A DNA stretch of 64,000 nt from an uncultured Actinomycetes bacterium. Its GTDB lineage: Bacteria; Actinomycetota; UBA4738; HRBIN12. The stretch is from NCBI GenBank assembly GCA_963704885.1, contig CAVPIB010000004.1, positions 128,001 through 192,000 of the forward strand, in the 5' to 3' direction. This document shows, one piece after another, positions 42,734-51,746 of this stretch. Numbering within the stretch: the stretch's first letter is position 1; every line of letters starts with the position of its first letter. The position numbers and the translations under genes are program-made. Below the pieces are notes generated by a model. That model had not been told where the DNA came from and did not search any database. It saw only the letters and a program-made list of their open reading frames with translations.

Positions 42734-43647
42734 TGGAGATCATCGGCGCCGAGGAGCTCGGTCGCCGGCTCTCCATGAGGGCGGCGATCGACGCGTTGGA
42801 GATCGCGTTCCGCGAACGAGACCCAACCGCAGGACCGCTTCGTTCCACCGTCGAGACTCCTGCCGGATCGTTGCTGCTGATGCCGGCGAGCGGCGCGGCC
42901 GGGGTAGGGGTGAAGCTCGTAACCCTTTCGCCGGACAATCCCGATCGCGGGCTGCCCCTGATCAACGCGGTATACGTCCTGTTCGACGCGGTCACTCAGG
43001 AACCGGAGGCGGTGATCGACGGGGCCGCCTTGACAGCTCTGCGCACCGGCGCCGTGTCGGGACTGTCCACCCGCTGGCTGGCGAACGACGACGCCACAAG
43101 CTCGGTGATCTTCGGCAGCGGTGTCCAGGCGGCGTCGCACCTGGAGGCTATGCTCGCCGTTCGTCCGATCGAGCACGTCACGATCGTGTCGCGAACCCCG
43201 GAGCGAGCCGAGGCGCTGGCCGCAGACGCCCGGGGTAAGGGCTTGGAGAGCGTTGTCGGCTCGCCGCGAGCCGTTTCAGATGCCGACATCATCTGCACGT
43301 GCACGACCGCCACCTCGCCGCTGTTCGACGGCCGCTGGCTGAAGGCAGGAGCGCATGTCGTTGCGGTCGGCACCCACCTGGCCACGGCGCGCGAGCTGGA
43401 CTCAGCGACGATCGTCCGGGCCAAGGTCGTGGTGGAAACGCGCGAGGCTGCGCTGGAGGAAGCGGGCGAGCTGCTGCTGGCGATCCAGGAGGGTGTCATC
43501 GGCGCCGACCATGTTCGAGCCGACCTGAAGGAGCTCGTGTCCGGCGCGGTCGTACGAACGTCGCGCGACGACGTGACCGTGTTCAAGTCGGTGGGCATGG
43601 GGTTCGAGGATCTGGCCGTGGCTCGCGCGGCCCTTGACGCCGCATGA
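42733..43647 (+). CDS. Ornithine cyclodeaminase/mu-crystallin family protein
   Basis: GVKLVT, LTALRTGA, GSGVQA, FKSVG..EDLAVA. Confidence 0.92.
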   Translation: MEIIGAEELGRRLSMRAAIDALEIAFRERDPTAGPLRSTVETPAGSLLLMPASGAAGVGVKLVTLSPDNPDRGLPLINAVYVLFDAVTQEPEAVIDGAALTALRTGAVSGLSTRWLANDDATSSVIFGSGVQAASHLEAMLAVRPIEHVTIVSRTPERAEALAADARGKGLESVVGSPRAVSDADIICTCTTATSPLFDGRWLKAGAHVVAVGTHLATARELDSATIVRAKVVVETREAALEEAGELLLAIQEGVIGADHVRADLKELVSGAVVRTSRDDVTVFKSVGMGFEDLAVARAALDAA

Positions 43648-44795
43648 GCTCGGTCGCCGATGTGGTGATAGTCGGGGGCGGAGCCGTGGGCACGAGCGCC
43701 GCCTACCACCTGGCTGCGGCGGGGGCGGGGCGAGTGGTGCTGGTCGAGCGCGCCGACGCGGTGGGGACGGGATCGACCGGCGCCTGCGCGGGTGGATTCC
43801 GCCACCAGTTCTCCAGCCGGATCAACATCGAGCTCTCGCTCGCGAGCGTCCCCATGATCTTGGGGTTCACGAAGGAACACGGACTGCCGCTCGACGTCGT
43901 CCAAGACGGTTACCTATTCCTGATCAGGAAGCAGGCCGATCTTCACGCGTACCGGGCAGCCGCTGAGCTGCAGCGCTCGATGGGGGTCGATGCTCGCCTG
44001 CTCTCGGCCAAGGAGGCTGCGGAGCTGGTGCCCGGGATCTCGTTGGAGGACGTCCTCGGCGCCGCGTTCTGCCCCGACGACGGCATCGCCGATCCGTCGG
44101 GGCTCACGCAGGGCTACGCTGCCGCGGCGCGGAGAGCGGGCGCGGAGATCCGGCTGGGTTCGGAGTTGGTCGGGATCGACACCGCGGGTGACGGCGTGAC
44201 CGGCGTTCGGACCGCCAACGAGGTGATCGCGACGCGCACCGTGGTGAACGCCGCGGGCCCATGGGCGGGCGCGGTCGCGGCCGCGGCGGGGGTGTCGCTG
44301 CCCCTCGAGCCGATCCCACGGATGGTGGTGACCACGGGGTCGTTCCCCGGCGTCCCACGGCGCCGGACGCTGGTGATCGACGCGGCCACGTCGTACTACT
44401 TCCACCGCGAGGGCGACGGTGTTCTGACGGGGATGGGCGGTCGCGACGAGAAGCCGTCGTTCGATCTGTCCGTCGACCATCGCTTCATCGAGGACGAGCT
44501 ACTGCCGACGGCCGTACGGATCTTCCCGCCGATCGAGAACGCCGGGATCGCAAGGACGTGGGCCGGGCTCTACGAGATGACTCCAGACCGCCATCCGATA
44601 CTGGGGGAGACGCCCGTGGCGGGCTTGTATCTGGCCAATGGCTTCAGCGGCCACGGCTTCCAGCACGCCCCGGTCGTGGGCAAGCTGCTGGCCGAGATGA
44701 TCTTGGAGGGGCGTGCCCACTCCGTGGACGTCTCTTCGCTCGCGCTCGAACGGTTCACGTCGGGAGACCTCGTGGCCGAGGGCCATGTCGTCTGA
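43644..44795 (+). CDS. FAD-dependent amine oxidoreductase (sarcosine oxidase beta/DadA-like)
   Basis: IVGGGAVG, VNAAGPWA, WAGLYEMTPD.HPILG, GFSGHGF. Confidence 0.9.
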   Translation: MSSVADVVIVGGGAVGTSAAYHLAAAGAGRVVLVERADAVGTGSTGACAGGFRHQFSSRINIELSLASVPMILGFTKEHGLPLDVVQDGYLFLIRKQADLHAYRAAAELQRSMGVDARLLSAKEAAELVPGISLEDVLGAAFCPDDGIADPSGLTQGYAAAARRAGAEIRLGSELVGIDTAGDGVTGVRTANEVIATRTVVNAAGPWAGAVAAAAGVSLPLEPIPRMVVTTGSFPGVPRRRTLVIDAATSYYFHREGDGVLTGMGGRDEKPSFDLSVDHRFIEDELLPTAVRIFPPIENAGIARTWAGLYEMTPDRHPILGETPVAGLYLANGFSGHGFQHAPVVGKLLAEMILEGRAHSVDVSSLALERFTSGDLVAEGHVV

Positions 44796-44796
44796 G

Positions 44797-44880
44797 TGCC
44801 GGGAGAGGGGGTCGAACCCTCACGGGCCGAAGCCCACGGGATTTTGAGTCCCGCGCGTCTGCCAGTTCCGCCATCCCGGC
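44797..44880 (-). tRNA. tRNA-Leu(CAA)
   Basis: rc GCCGGGATGGCGGAACTGGCAGACGCG-CGGGA-CT-CAA-AA-TCCCG, long variable arm, GGTTCGA T-loop, TCCCGGCA; CCA not encoded. Confidence 0.97.
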
Positions 44881-44941
44881 GCCGCCTTAGACTACCCATC
44901 CCGTCCGCGCGCCCGAAGCGTGCCGGGCGACCCCGACCGAC

Positions 44942-46822
44942 GTGAGCCGACGATCATCTACCGCCGCGGCCCTGGTCGCCCTGGCGGCGACCCTCGCCGT
45001 CGCGTGCACCGGCGGCGGCTCTCCACCGAACGCAACCCCCGCACCCATCCCGGTGAAGGTGGCGTTCTTACAGGATCTGACCGTCCCCGGCGCCTCACAG
45101 CTGGTGACGCCCTCCCTCTTGGCCATAGGGCTCGCGCTCGAGCAAGCGACCGAGCGCGGCGAGCTTCCCGTCGTCCCAGAGATCGAGGCCATGGACACGG
45201 AGGGAGATCCCGGTCTCCTAGGCGAGTTCGCCAGGCAGATCGCCGATGACCCAGCCTTCGTCGCCGTGGTGCAGGGACCGTTCATGCGCCTCACCGACGT
45301 GTCCGAGGCTGTTCTCGGCGAGGCCGCGATCCCAACGGTCAGTCTCTCGTCGTGGGGCGAGACGTCCCCGAGCGGTACGCCGTGGTGGCGCGCCGTTCCG
45401 CCGCTCCAGCGCTCGGCCTCCTCGCTCGTCGCGGCGGTCCATGGTTCGGCGGCTCCGGCGTCAGGGGTGTGCCTGCTAAGTGATGCGTCTGCGTACGGTG
45501 ACGCGCTCGCCTCGCTGGTGCGACGCAGGGTCGGGTCCGACCGCATCGCGCTCGACGATGAACTGCCGGAGGCCGCACCGGTGACGGCCGTCGTGGAGCG
45601 CATCCGCCGATCGGCGTGCGGGAGCATCGCCTGGAGCGGCTCCGCAGCCTCGGCAGCCTCGCTCCGGGTGGCACTCGTCCATGCTGATCTCGCATCGATC
45701 GACGTGGTTGGGGCGGATGCGATGAAGGCTGATGCCTACCTGAGCGAGACCGATGGAGCCGCCGACGGCACGATCGTCGTCTGCGCATGCGCGGACCTGT
45801 CCTCCTCGACCCGCCCGGAGGCCGGTCGATTCATCCACGACTACCAATCACGCTACGGCTCGCCGCCGGGAGCGTTCGCCGCGGAGGGGTGGGACGTCGC
45901 GGGGATGCTGATCGCCGCGTTCGAGACCGGTGCGACGGATCGCGGGGCGGTGGCGGAAGCTCTCGCAGGCGTCTCGCCCTACGGTGGGTTGGCGAACACG
46001 TATCGCTTCTCGGACGAAGGCGAGCTGGAGTCCGGGTCCGTCCGCATGCACTCGTACCGAGCTGAGGGGCTGAGGTGGGTACCGCTCGGGGGATCCGGAG
46101 ACGAGGGGTCCGTGCCGGTCGGCACGCCCGGTTACCTTTCGGTCGCGTCTTGCCGTTCGGGTCCGCCGTTCGCCTATCCGGCCGGGGACCGCCTGTTGGG
46201 GTTCGACGTCGAGCTCGCGGCGGTGATCGCTCGCAGGCTGGGGCTCACCGAGTCGTGGAGCGAGTTGCCGTGCGGTCGAGCCCTGGCGGCGGTCTCCGCG
46301 GGAACGCTCGATGCGGTGCTGGCGCCGTCGGCCTCGGTCGCGCAGGGCACTCCGACGAGCGGTGTGGCGCTCAGCCTGCGGGTCGCCCTCGTGGCCGAGC
46401 GAACATCGGCCAGTGGGGACCGCCCACTCCTAGACCGATTGGGACCCGGAGACCTCGTGGCCGTGATCCGGACCCCGGAAACCGCGGCTTGGGCGAAGGA
46501 CGTCCTGCGCGCGACAGGCGCCCAGGTGCGGATCGTGCCTCGCCGCGCGGACGCCTACGGGGGTTTGGGGTCTGGCCGATACACGGTGGTCGCCGACCTG
46601 GAGCCATGGGCGTGGGCGGCCATCGAGCGACGTCCCGGACTTGCGGTCGCCCAGAGCTTGGACACGGGCGCCCACGACGTCTTCGTAACGGGGGGTCCGG
46701 ACGCGATCCTGGTGGCGACACTCGACCGTGAGCTCCGCCGGTTGCTGCTGAACGGCCGGTATGCGCTGCTGTTCGCGAAGTACTTCCCCGGGACCCCCAT
46801 CCCCGCCGAGACCGGCTCGTAA
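44942..46822 (+). CDS. Lipoprotein fusing a Liv-type (class I) and a polar amino-acid (class II) solute-binding domain
   Basis: Lipobox AVAC; FIHDYQSRYG..P..FAAEGWD..YRFSDEGE, then PPF..GFDVELA..IARRLGL..GRYALLFAKYF. Confidence 0.8.
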   Translation: MSRRSSTAAALVALAATLAVACTGGGSPPNATPAPIPVKVAFLQDLTVPGASQLVTPSLLAIGLALEQATERGELPVVPEIEAMDTEGDPGLLGEFARQIADDPAFVAVVQGPFMRLTDVSEAVLGEAAIPTVSLSSWGETSPSGTPWWRAVPPLQRSASSLVAAVHGSAAPASGVCLLSDASAYGDALASLVRRRVGSDRIALDDELPEAAPVTAVVERIRRSACGSIAWSGSAASAASLRVALVHADLASIDVVGADAMKADAYLSETDGAADGTIVVCACADLSSSTRPEAGRFIHDYQSRYGSPPGAFAAEGWDVAGMLIAAFETGATDRGAVAEALAGVSPYGGLANTYRFSDEGELESGSVRMHSYRAEGLRWVPLGGSGDEGSVPVGTPGYLSVASCRSGPPFAYPAGDRLLGFDVELAAVIARRLGLTESWSELPCGRALAAVSAGTLDAVLAPSASVAQGTPTSGVALSLRVALVAERTSASGDRPLLDRLGPGDLVAVIRTPETAAWAKDVLRATGAQVRIVPRRADAYGGLGSGRYTVVADLEPWAWAAIERRPGLAVAQSLDTGAHDVFVTGGPDAILVATLDRELRRLLLNGRYALLFAKYFPGTPIPAETGS

Positions 46823-46927
46823 GCAGGCGCCCCACGGTCGCGTTGGATTGCCCCCTGGGAGCCACCCCCATATAGTTCCCTGCGATGGGAGGGGGCGCCT
46901 CTCTGGCTTCCCCGGAAGGAGGAGGGC

Positions 46928-47836
46928 ATGCGCAACTCCAAGCTGCGGCTATTCGCATTGACGCTTGCGGTGTTCGCCATGGTGGCGGCCGCCTGCAGCG
47001 ACGAGCCCGAACAAGAACCAGCCGCGCCGTCGGATGCGGGTTCGGAGACCACTAGTCCGGCCGGCGAGCCGGACCTGCTCGCGCGGATCCAGGCCGACGG
47101 CGTCATCCGGGTCGCCACCGACCAGAAGTACAAGCCCCAGTCGTGGTACGACACCAAGAACAGCGAGTGGAAGGGTTTCGACGTAGAGGTCGCTCAGGAG
47201 ATCGCGTCCCGTCTCGGGGTCGAGGCCGAGATCGCTCACCAGGAATGGGATCTGGTCACCGCGGGATCTTGGAACGACCGGTGGGATATGAACGTCGGCT
47301 CGATGACCGTCACGCTGGAGCGCAGTTCGATCTTCTCCTTCTCGCCGGCGTACTACTACACACCGGCATCGATCGCGGTGAACGCCGAGAACACCTCCAT
47401 CCAGGACCTCACGACCGACCTGGACGGCAAGAAGGTGTGCGTCGGGTCGTCGACGACGTACGAGACGTACCTACTGGGGAAGCTGAACATCCCGGGATAC
47501 TCGTTCGACGTCGTGATCGACGACCCTCAGATCATCACGTACGCCACGGACACCGACGCGCTGGACAACCTGGCTCTGGGCGACGGGGTGCGCTGCGACG
47601 CCGCGATGACGGCCACGCCGACGATCGACCAGTTCATCGCCGACGGTGGAACAGTGAAGAACGTGGGTGACCCGCTGTACGGGGAACCACTCGCGGTCGC
47701 CTTCGACAGTTCATCGCCGATCGACAACGCAAGTCTGGTCGCGGCCGTGAGCGCGATCATCGAGGAGATGCACGCGGACGGCACGCTCACCGAGCTGTCC
47801 ATGAAGTGGTACGGCGAAGACATCACGCAGGTCTGA
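46928..47836 (+). CDS. Polar amino acid ABC substrate-binding lipoprotein
   Basis: Lipobox AAAC, GFDVEVA, GSMTVT.ER, DGTL..LSMKWYG. Confidence 0.93.
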   Translation: MRNSKLRLFALTLAVFAMVAAACSDEPEQEPAAPSDAGSETTSPAGEPDLLARIQADGVIRVATDQKYKPQSWYDTKNSEWKGFDVEVAQEIASRLGVEAEIAHQEWDLVTAGSWNDRWDMNVGSMTVTLERSSIFSFSPAYYYTPASIAVNAENTSIQDLTTDLDGKKVCVGSSTTYETYLLGKLNIPGYSFDVVIDDPQIITYATDTDALDNLALGDGVRCDAAMTATPTIDQFIADGGTVKNVGDPLYGEPLAVAFDSSSPIDNASLVAAVSAIIEEMHADGTLTELSMKWYGEDITQV

Positions 47837-47861
47837 TCATCCGAAAGCGGTCGGGGGACCC

Positions 47862-49241
47862 GTGAGCACGGCGACATCGCAGCAGGGAGCCGGGGAGGCT
47901 CGGCTCCCTGCTGCTTACGTCGCGGAGATCCCCCGAGGCTCCATCTTCCAGCTCATCGCGGCGTGGCTCCTGCTCACCGAGGGAGGACTCGCCCTGCTCT
48001 TCCTCCCGATCCTGTCGTTGACGCCCGATTTCGACGTCCCCGTGGGCGACATCGCCACGTTCGGGACCCTCGCGGTCGCCTGTATGGTCGCGGGCGGTCT
48101 CCTGTACTCCAGGCTTCGGTGGAGCGTGTGGTTCGCCGCGATCGTGTCGCTCGCAACCGCCGGGTGGCTGGTCTCCGACAAGGGCCTGACCTCGTGGACC
48201 GATGCCTACTTGGGGGTTGGATTCGCGGTCCTCGAGGTGGTGTTCCTGATGCTCGGCCGTCACGCGGCGGGCAAGCCGGAGGCCATGGCGCTCTCGAGCG
48301 CGCATGTTCCCTTCCGCCTCAAGCTCACAGGTGTCTGGATCGGGATCTTCTTCGTGCTGGCGCTCTTCTTTTCGCAGATCGGGCTCGATTGGCGATGGAT
48401 GGCCGACAACTTCAGCATCATCGCGAAGGGGGCGATCTACACGCTCGCGCTGGCGGTCGGCGCCATCATCATCGCGGTGGTGCTGGCGCTGCTCGGGGCG
48501 CTCGGCCGGCTCTCCAAGAACCCCGTCGCGTTCGGCATCTCCGGCTTCTACACGTCCTTCTTCCGAGGCACCCCGTTGATCGTTCAGCTGTTCTTGATCT
48601 ACTTGGCGCTCCCGCAGATCGGGGCGAGCTTGGGGAGCCGAGCGCTGCTGAACGTCCTTGCGCTGACGGCGTTCCAGGCCGGCGTCATCGGCCTGGGTCT
48701 GAACTACGGGGCCTATATCACCGAGATCTTCCGGGCGGGGATCCAATCCGTGGGGCACGGGCAGGCGGAGGCCGCGGACGCCTTGGGCATGTCGTACGCG
48801 CAACGGATGCGCCGGGTGGTCCTGCCCCAGGCCACGAGGGTCATCATCCCGCCGACCGGCAACGACTTCATCGCCTTGATGAAGGACACGTCCTTGGTGG
48901 CGTTCCTGGGAGTGGTTCTGGAGCAGGCGGATCTGTTCCGCAGGGCACAGTTGATCGGGAACCAGGACCTCAAGCGCCTGGAGTCTCTGATCATCGCCGC
49001 GGGGATGTACTGGGCTCTGACGGCGATCTTCACCTTCTTCCAGATGCGGTTGGAGCGGCGGATGTCGGCGGGCTATGTCCGAGGCGAGGCGCAAACGGCT
49101 ATGGGTCGGAAGCGGACCCAGTTCCTCCCCGCTGGGCCCCCAGGGACGGTTCGGCCCGCGTTCACCGAGCCCACCAGCAGCCTCGATCCCGGGGCGCCCC
49201 ACGCACCGGGTCCGGATCAAGGAGGCGGAGACTCAGGATGA
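47862..49241 (+). CDS. Polar amino acid ABC permease with N-terminal extension
   Basis: [41 protein letters not shown]. Confidence 0.92.
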   Translation: MSTATSQQGAGEARLPAAYVAEIPRGSIFQLIAAWLLLTEGGLALLFLPILSLTPDFDVPVGDIATFGTLAVACMVAGGLLYSRLRWSVWFAAIVSLATAGWLVSDKGLTSWTDAYLGVGFAVLEVVFLMLGRHAAGKPEAMALSSAHVPFRLKLTGVWIGIFFVLALFFSQIGLDWRWMADNFSIIAKGAIYTLALAVGAIIIAVVLALLGALGRLSKNPVAFGISGFYTSFFRGTPLIVQLFLIYLALPQIGASLGSRALLNVLALTAFQAGVIGLGLNYGAYITEIFRAGIQSVGHGQAEAADALGMSYAQRMRRVVLPQATRVIIPPTGNDFIALMKDTSLVAFLGVVLEQADLFRRAQLIGNQDLKRLESLIIAAGMYWALTAIFTFFQMRLERRMSAGYVRGEAQTAMGRKRTQFLPAGPPGTVRPAFTEPTSSLDPGAPHAPGPDQGGGDSG

Positions 49242-50005
49242 GCCCTCCCAACGGTGAAGCCGTCGTCAAGGTCGAGAACCTGCACAAGCGGTTCGGCGAG
49301 CTCGAGGTGCTCCGGGGGATCAACATGGAGGTCGACAAGGGCGAGGTCGTGGTCATCTTCGGCCGCTCCGGATCCGGCAAGTCGACGCTCCTGCGATGCA
49401 TCAACTTCCTGGAGGACCCCACGGAGGGGACCGTCGAGGTCTCCGGGATCCGGCTGGAGGGCGGTCACCGGACCCGCGGCAAGCGGGAGCAGATCCGCCT
49501 CGTTCGCCTTCACGCCGGGATGGTGTTCCAGCAGTTCAACCTGTTCCCGCACCTGACGGTGATCAACAACGTCATCGAGGGACCCGTGACGGTGAAGGGG
49601 CTGCCCAAGGACCAGGCCCGAGCGACCGGGATGGAGATCCTCGGGAAGGTCGGTCTCGCAGAGAAGGCCGACGTGTATCCGATCCGGCTTTCCGGTGGTC
49701 AGCAGCAACGTGTCGCGATCGCGCGCGCCCTCGCCATGGAGCCCGATGTGATGCTCTTCGACGAGCCGACCTCCGCGCTCGACCCGGAGCTGATCGGCGA
49801 GGTCCTGACGGTTATGAAGTCGCTCGCTATGGATCTGCACATGACCATGATGGTCGTGACGCATGAGATGGGGTTCGCACGAGAGGTCGCTAACAGGATG
49901 ATGTTCTTCCACGAGGGCGTCATCCTGGAAGAGGGCTCACCGGATCAACTCTTCGATCACACGCAGAACCCCGAGACCAAGAAGTTCCTCGAAGCGGTGC
50001 TGTAG
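49238..50005 (+). CDS. Polar amino acid ABC ATPase (GlnQ-like)
   Basis: [40 protein letters not shown]. Confidence 0.95.
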   Translation: MSPPNGEAVVKVENLHKRFGELEVLRGINMEVDKGEVVVIFGRSGSGKSTLLRCINFLEDPTEGTVEVSGIRLEGGHRTRGKREQIRLVRLHAGMVFQQFNLFPHLTVINNVIEGPVTVKGLPKDQARATGMEILGKVGLAEKADVYPIRLSGGQQQRVAIARALAMEPDVMLFDEPTSALDPELIGEVLTVMKSLAMDLHMTMMVVTHEMGFAREVANRMMFFHEGVILEEGSPDQLFDHTQNPETKKFLEAVL

Positions 50006-50040
50006 GCGGCGCGAGCGCCGAGCGAGAGCCGTTCCCACAC

Positions 50041-50190
50041 AAAGAGAGACGGGCCGCGCCTCCTTGCGAACCACTCGCGCCTTCCCCATACGCGAGTGCC
50101 TCGACACGAGCGACGCGGCCCGTCACGCTTCGGTCCCGAAGTGACCGCGCTCGTCCCGTTCCCGGTCCGAGCCCGCCCTCCGCGGGACCG
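50041..50190 (-). ncRNA. Candidate two-domain small RNA
   Basis: Own promoter, nested stems, GNRA hairpin valid only on the - strand, pyrimidine-rich 3' tail, no convincing ORF. Confidence 0.6.
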
Positions 50191-50196
50191 CAGCGA

Positions 50197-50225
50197 AAGA
50201 TAGACTGGAGGTTGAGGGCTGTCAA
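50197..50225 (-). promoter_or_regulatory. Sigma70-type promoter for candidate sRNA
   Basis: TTGACA (50220-50225 rc)-17 nt-TATCTT (50197-50202 rc). Confidence 0.8.
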
Positions 50226-50313
50226 CTCGCCCAGAACGCCTGCGAACGAGGCGATCTCAACGAGAGGTGCAGGTGGGCGTCGTGCGAGCCTGTCGGAAGA
50301 AAGAGTGACACGA

Positions 50314-50739
50314 TCATTCGACCGAGAACCCCGCGTGCATCCCAGCTTCGTAATGCTCCGGTAGGTTGCAGATGATCGCATAGGAACCGGGCTCGAGCGT
50401 GAGCTTGAGCTTTGCGCTCGTCCCGGAGACGATGTCCTCGACTTCGTCGATCAACACCAGACCTGCGGCTGCGAAATCGGCCACGTCGTCCACGATCTCG
50501 ATCTGCTCCAGATCTACCCCATCCGGGAGCGAGAACACCTCGAACTCGTGGGTCGTCGGCCCCGCGTTCTCCGCGACGAGGGTCACGTCGCCGGCCGCGA
50601 GTGAATCGGTCGAGAGTTCCACCGAGAAATCGGCCAGGTCGATCAGCATGTCTGCCTCGCTCGAATCGCCCCCGCTGCAAGCAGCGACACCGAGAACCAA
50701 CAGGCCCACGAGCGTGAGCGAGACGTTCCTTCGAACCAT
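50314..50739 (-). CDS. Cupredoxin lipoprotein
   Basis: Lipobox VAAC; THEF...PGSYAIICNLPEHYEAGM type-1 Cu ligands; GGAGG RBS. Confidence 0.85.
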   Translation of the reverse strand: MVRRNVSLTLVGLLVLGVAACSGGDSSEADMLIDLADFSVELSTDSLAAGDVTLVAENAGPTTHEFEVFSLPDGVDLEQIEIVDDVADFAAAGLVLIDEVEDIVSGTSAKLKLTLEPGSYAIICNLPEHYEAGMHAGFSVE

Positions 50740-50759
50740 CCTGTATCCCTCCTGGTGGG

Positions 50760-51602
50760 TCAGGCAGCTTGCGAAGCCGGGGCGGTCGCAGTTGCCAGGC
50801 GGCCGCGCTGCGGCCACAGAACGTAGGCAGCCATGGGGATCGCGTATGCGAGCCAGACCAAGACCTCCGCGGTTGTGGGTACGGGCTGAAGACCGAGCAT
50901 GCCGGTGAGGAGCGATGCCCGGACGGTCCCGGGAGCCACGAGCCACGACAGGTTGAAGGCCGACCCCTGCAGAGCGGTCACGACGCCGGCCTCGGCGAAC
51001 GCGTGGACGGCGTTCGCGAGGAGGCCCGCCGCCACCAGGACCAGGACGAAGCCCGTGACCTTGAAGAACCGGGCCAGGTTGATCCGGATGCCGCCGCGGT
51101 AGATCGCGTACCCGAGACCGACCGCGATGACGACGCCGATGACTGCGCCGCTCCCGGTCGCGGCGGGGTCAGATGAGCTCTGGAACGCGGCGAGCATGAA
51201 GATCGCGGTCTCCAGTCCCTCGCGCAGAACGGCGAAGAAGGCCAGGGCCACGAGCCCCACGACGGAGCCCGCGACCAACGCCTGGGCTGCGTTCTCCTCG
51301 AGTGTTCCCTTCAGCTCCTTCGCATGGCGACGCATCCACACGATCATGTAGGTCACGCCGGTCACTGCCACCAGGGCTAGGCCGCCCTCCATCGTCTCCC
51401 GCTGGCGGAGCGGGAGGGACCGTCCGATCGCGCTCAAGATGATGGCGGCGCCGGCACACAGGACCACGGCCAGTCCCACTCCGAACCACATCGGCCGTAG
51501 GGCATGGCGCTGACCTCGTTGGATCAGGAACGCCGCGATGATGCCCACGATCAGTGCCGCCTCCATCCCCTCTCGGAGTCCTATGACGAACGTCGGCAGC
51601 AT
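50760..51602 (-). CDS. efeU: FTR1/EfeU iron permease
   Basis: Two RExxE motifs (LREGMEA, LREGLET), about 7 TM. Confidence 0.92.
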   Translation of the reverse strand: MLPTFVIGLREGMEAALIVGIIAAFLIQRGQRHALRPMWFGVGLAVVLCAGAAIILSAIGRSLPLRQRETMEGGLALVAVTGVTYMIVWMRRHAKELKGTLEENAAQALVAGSVVGLVALAFFAVLREGLETAIFMLAAFQSSSDPAATGSGAVIGVVIAVGLGYAIYRGGIRINLARFFKVTGFVLVLVAAGLLANAVHAFAEAGVVTALQGSAFNLSWLVAPGTVRASLLTGMLGLQPVPTTAEVLVWLAYAIPMAAYVLWPQRGRLATATAPASQAA

Positions 51603-51746
51603 CCTCGGTCCTTTCGGTCGACCTAACGGCCGGCTGAATCCTATCTAAGAGGTCGGATATGAGGCAACCTCGTTCGGCCCCGGATCATCTGTCCTGGACG
51701 AACCGGCCACGGAGGGGCGTCGGATGAGCGGGCTAGAATCCGCCGC

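Noticed and set aside
44797-44880. tRNA-Leu as an integration site for an island
   Set aside because: No integrase, no duplicated tRNA 3' end noticed, no compositional shift
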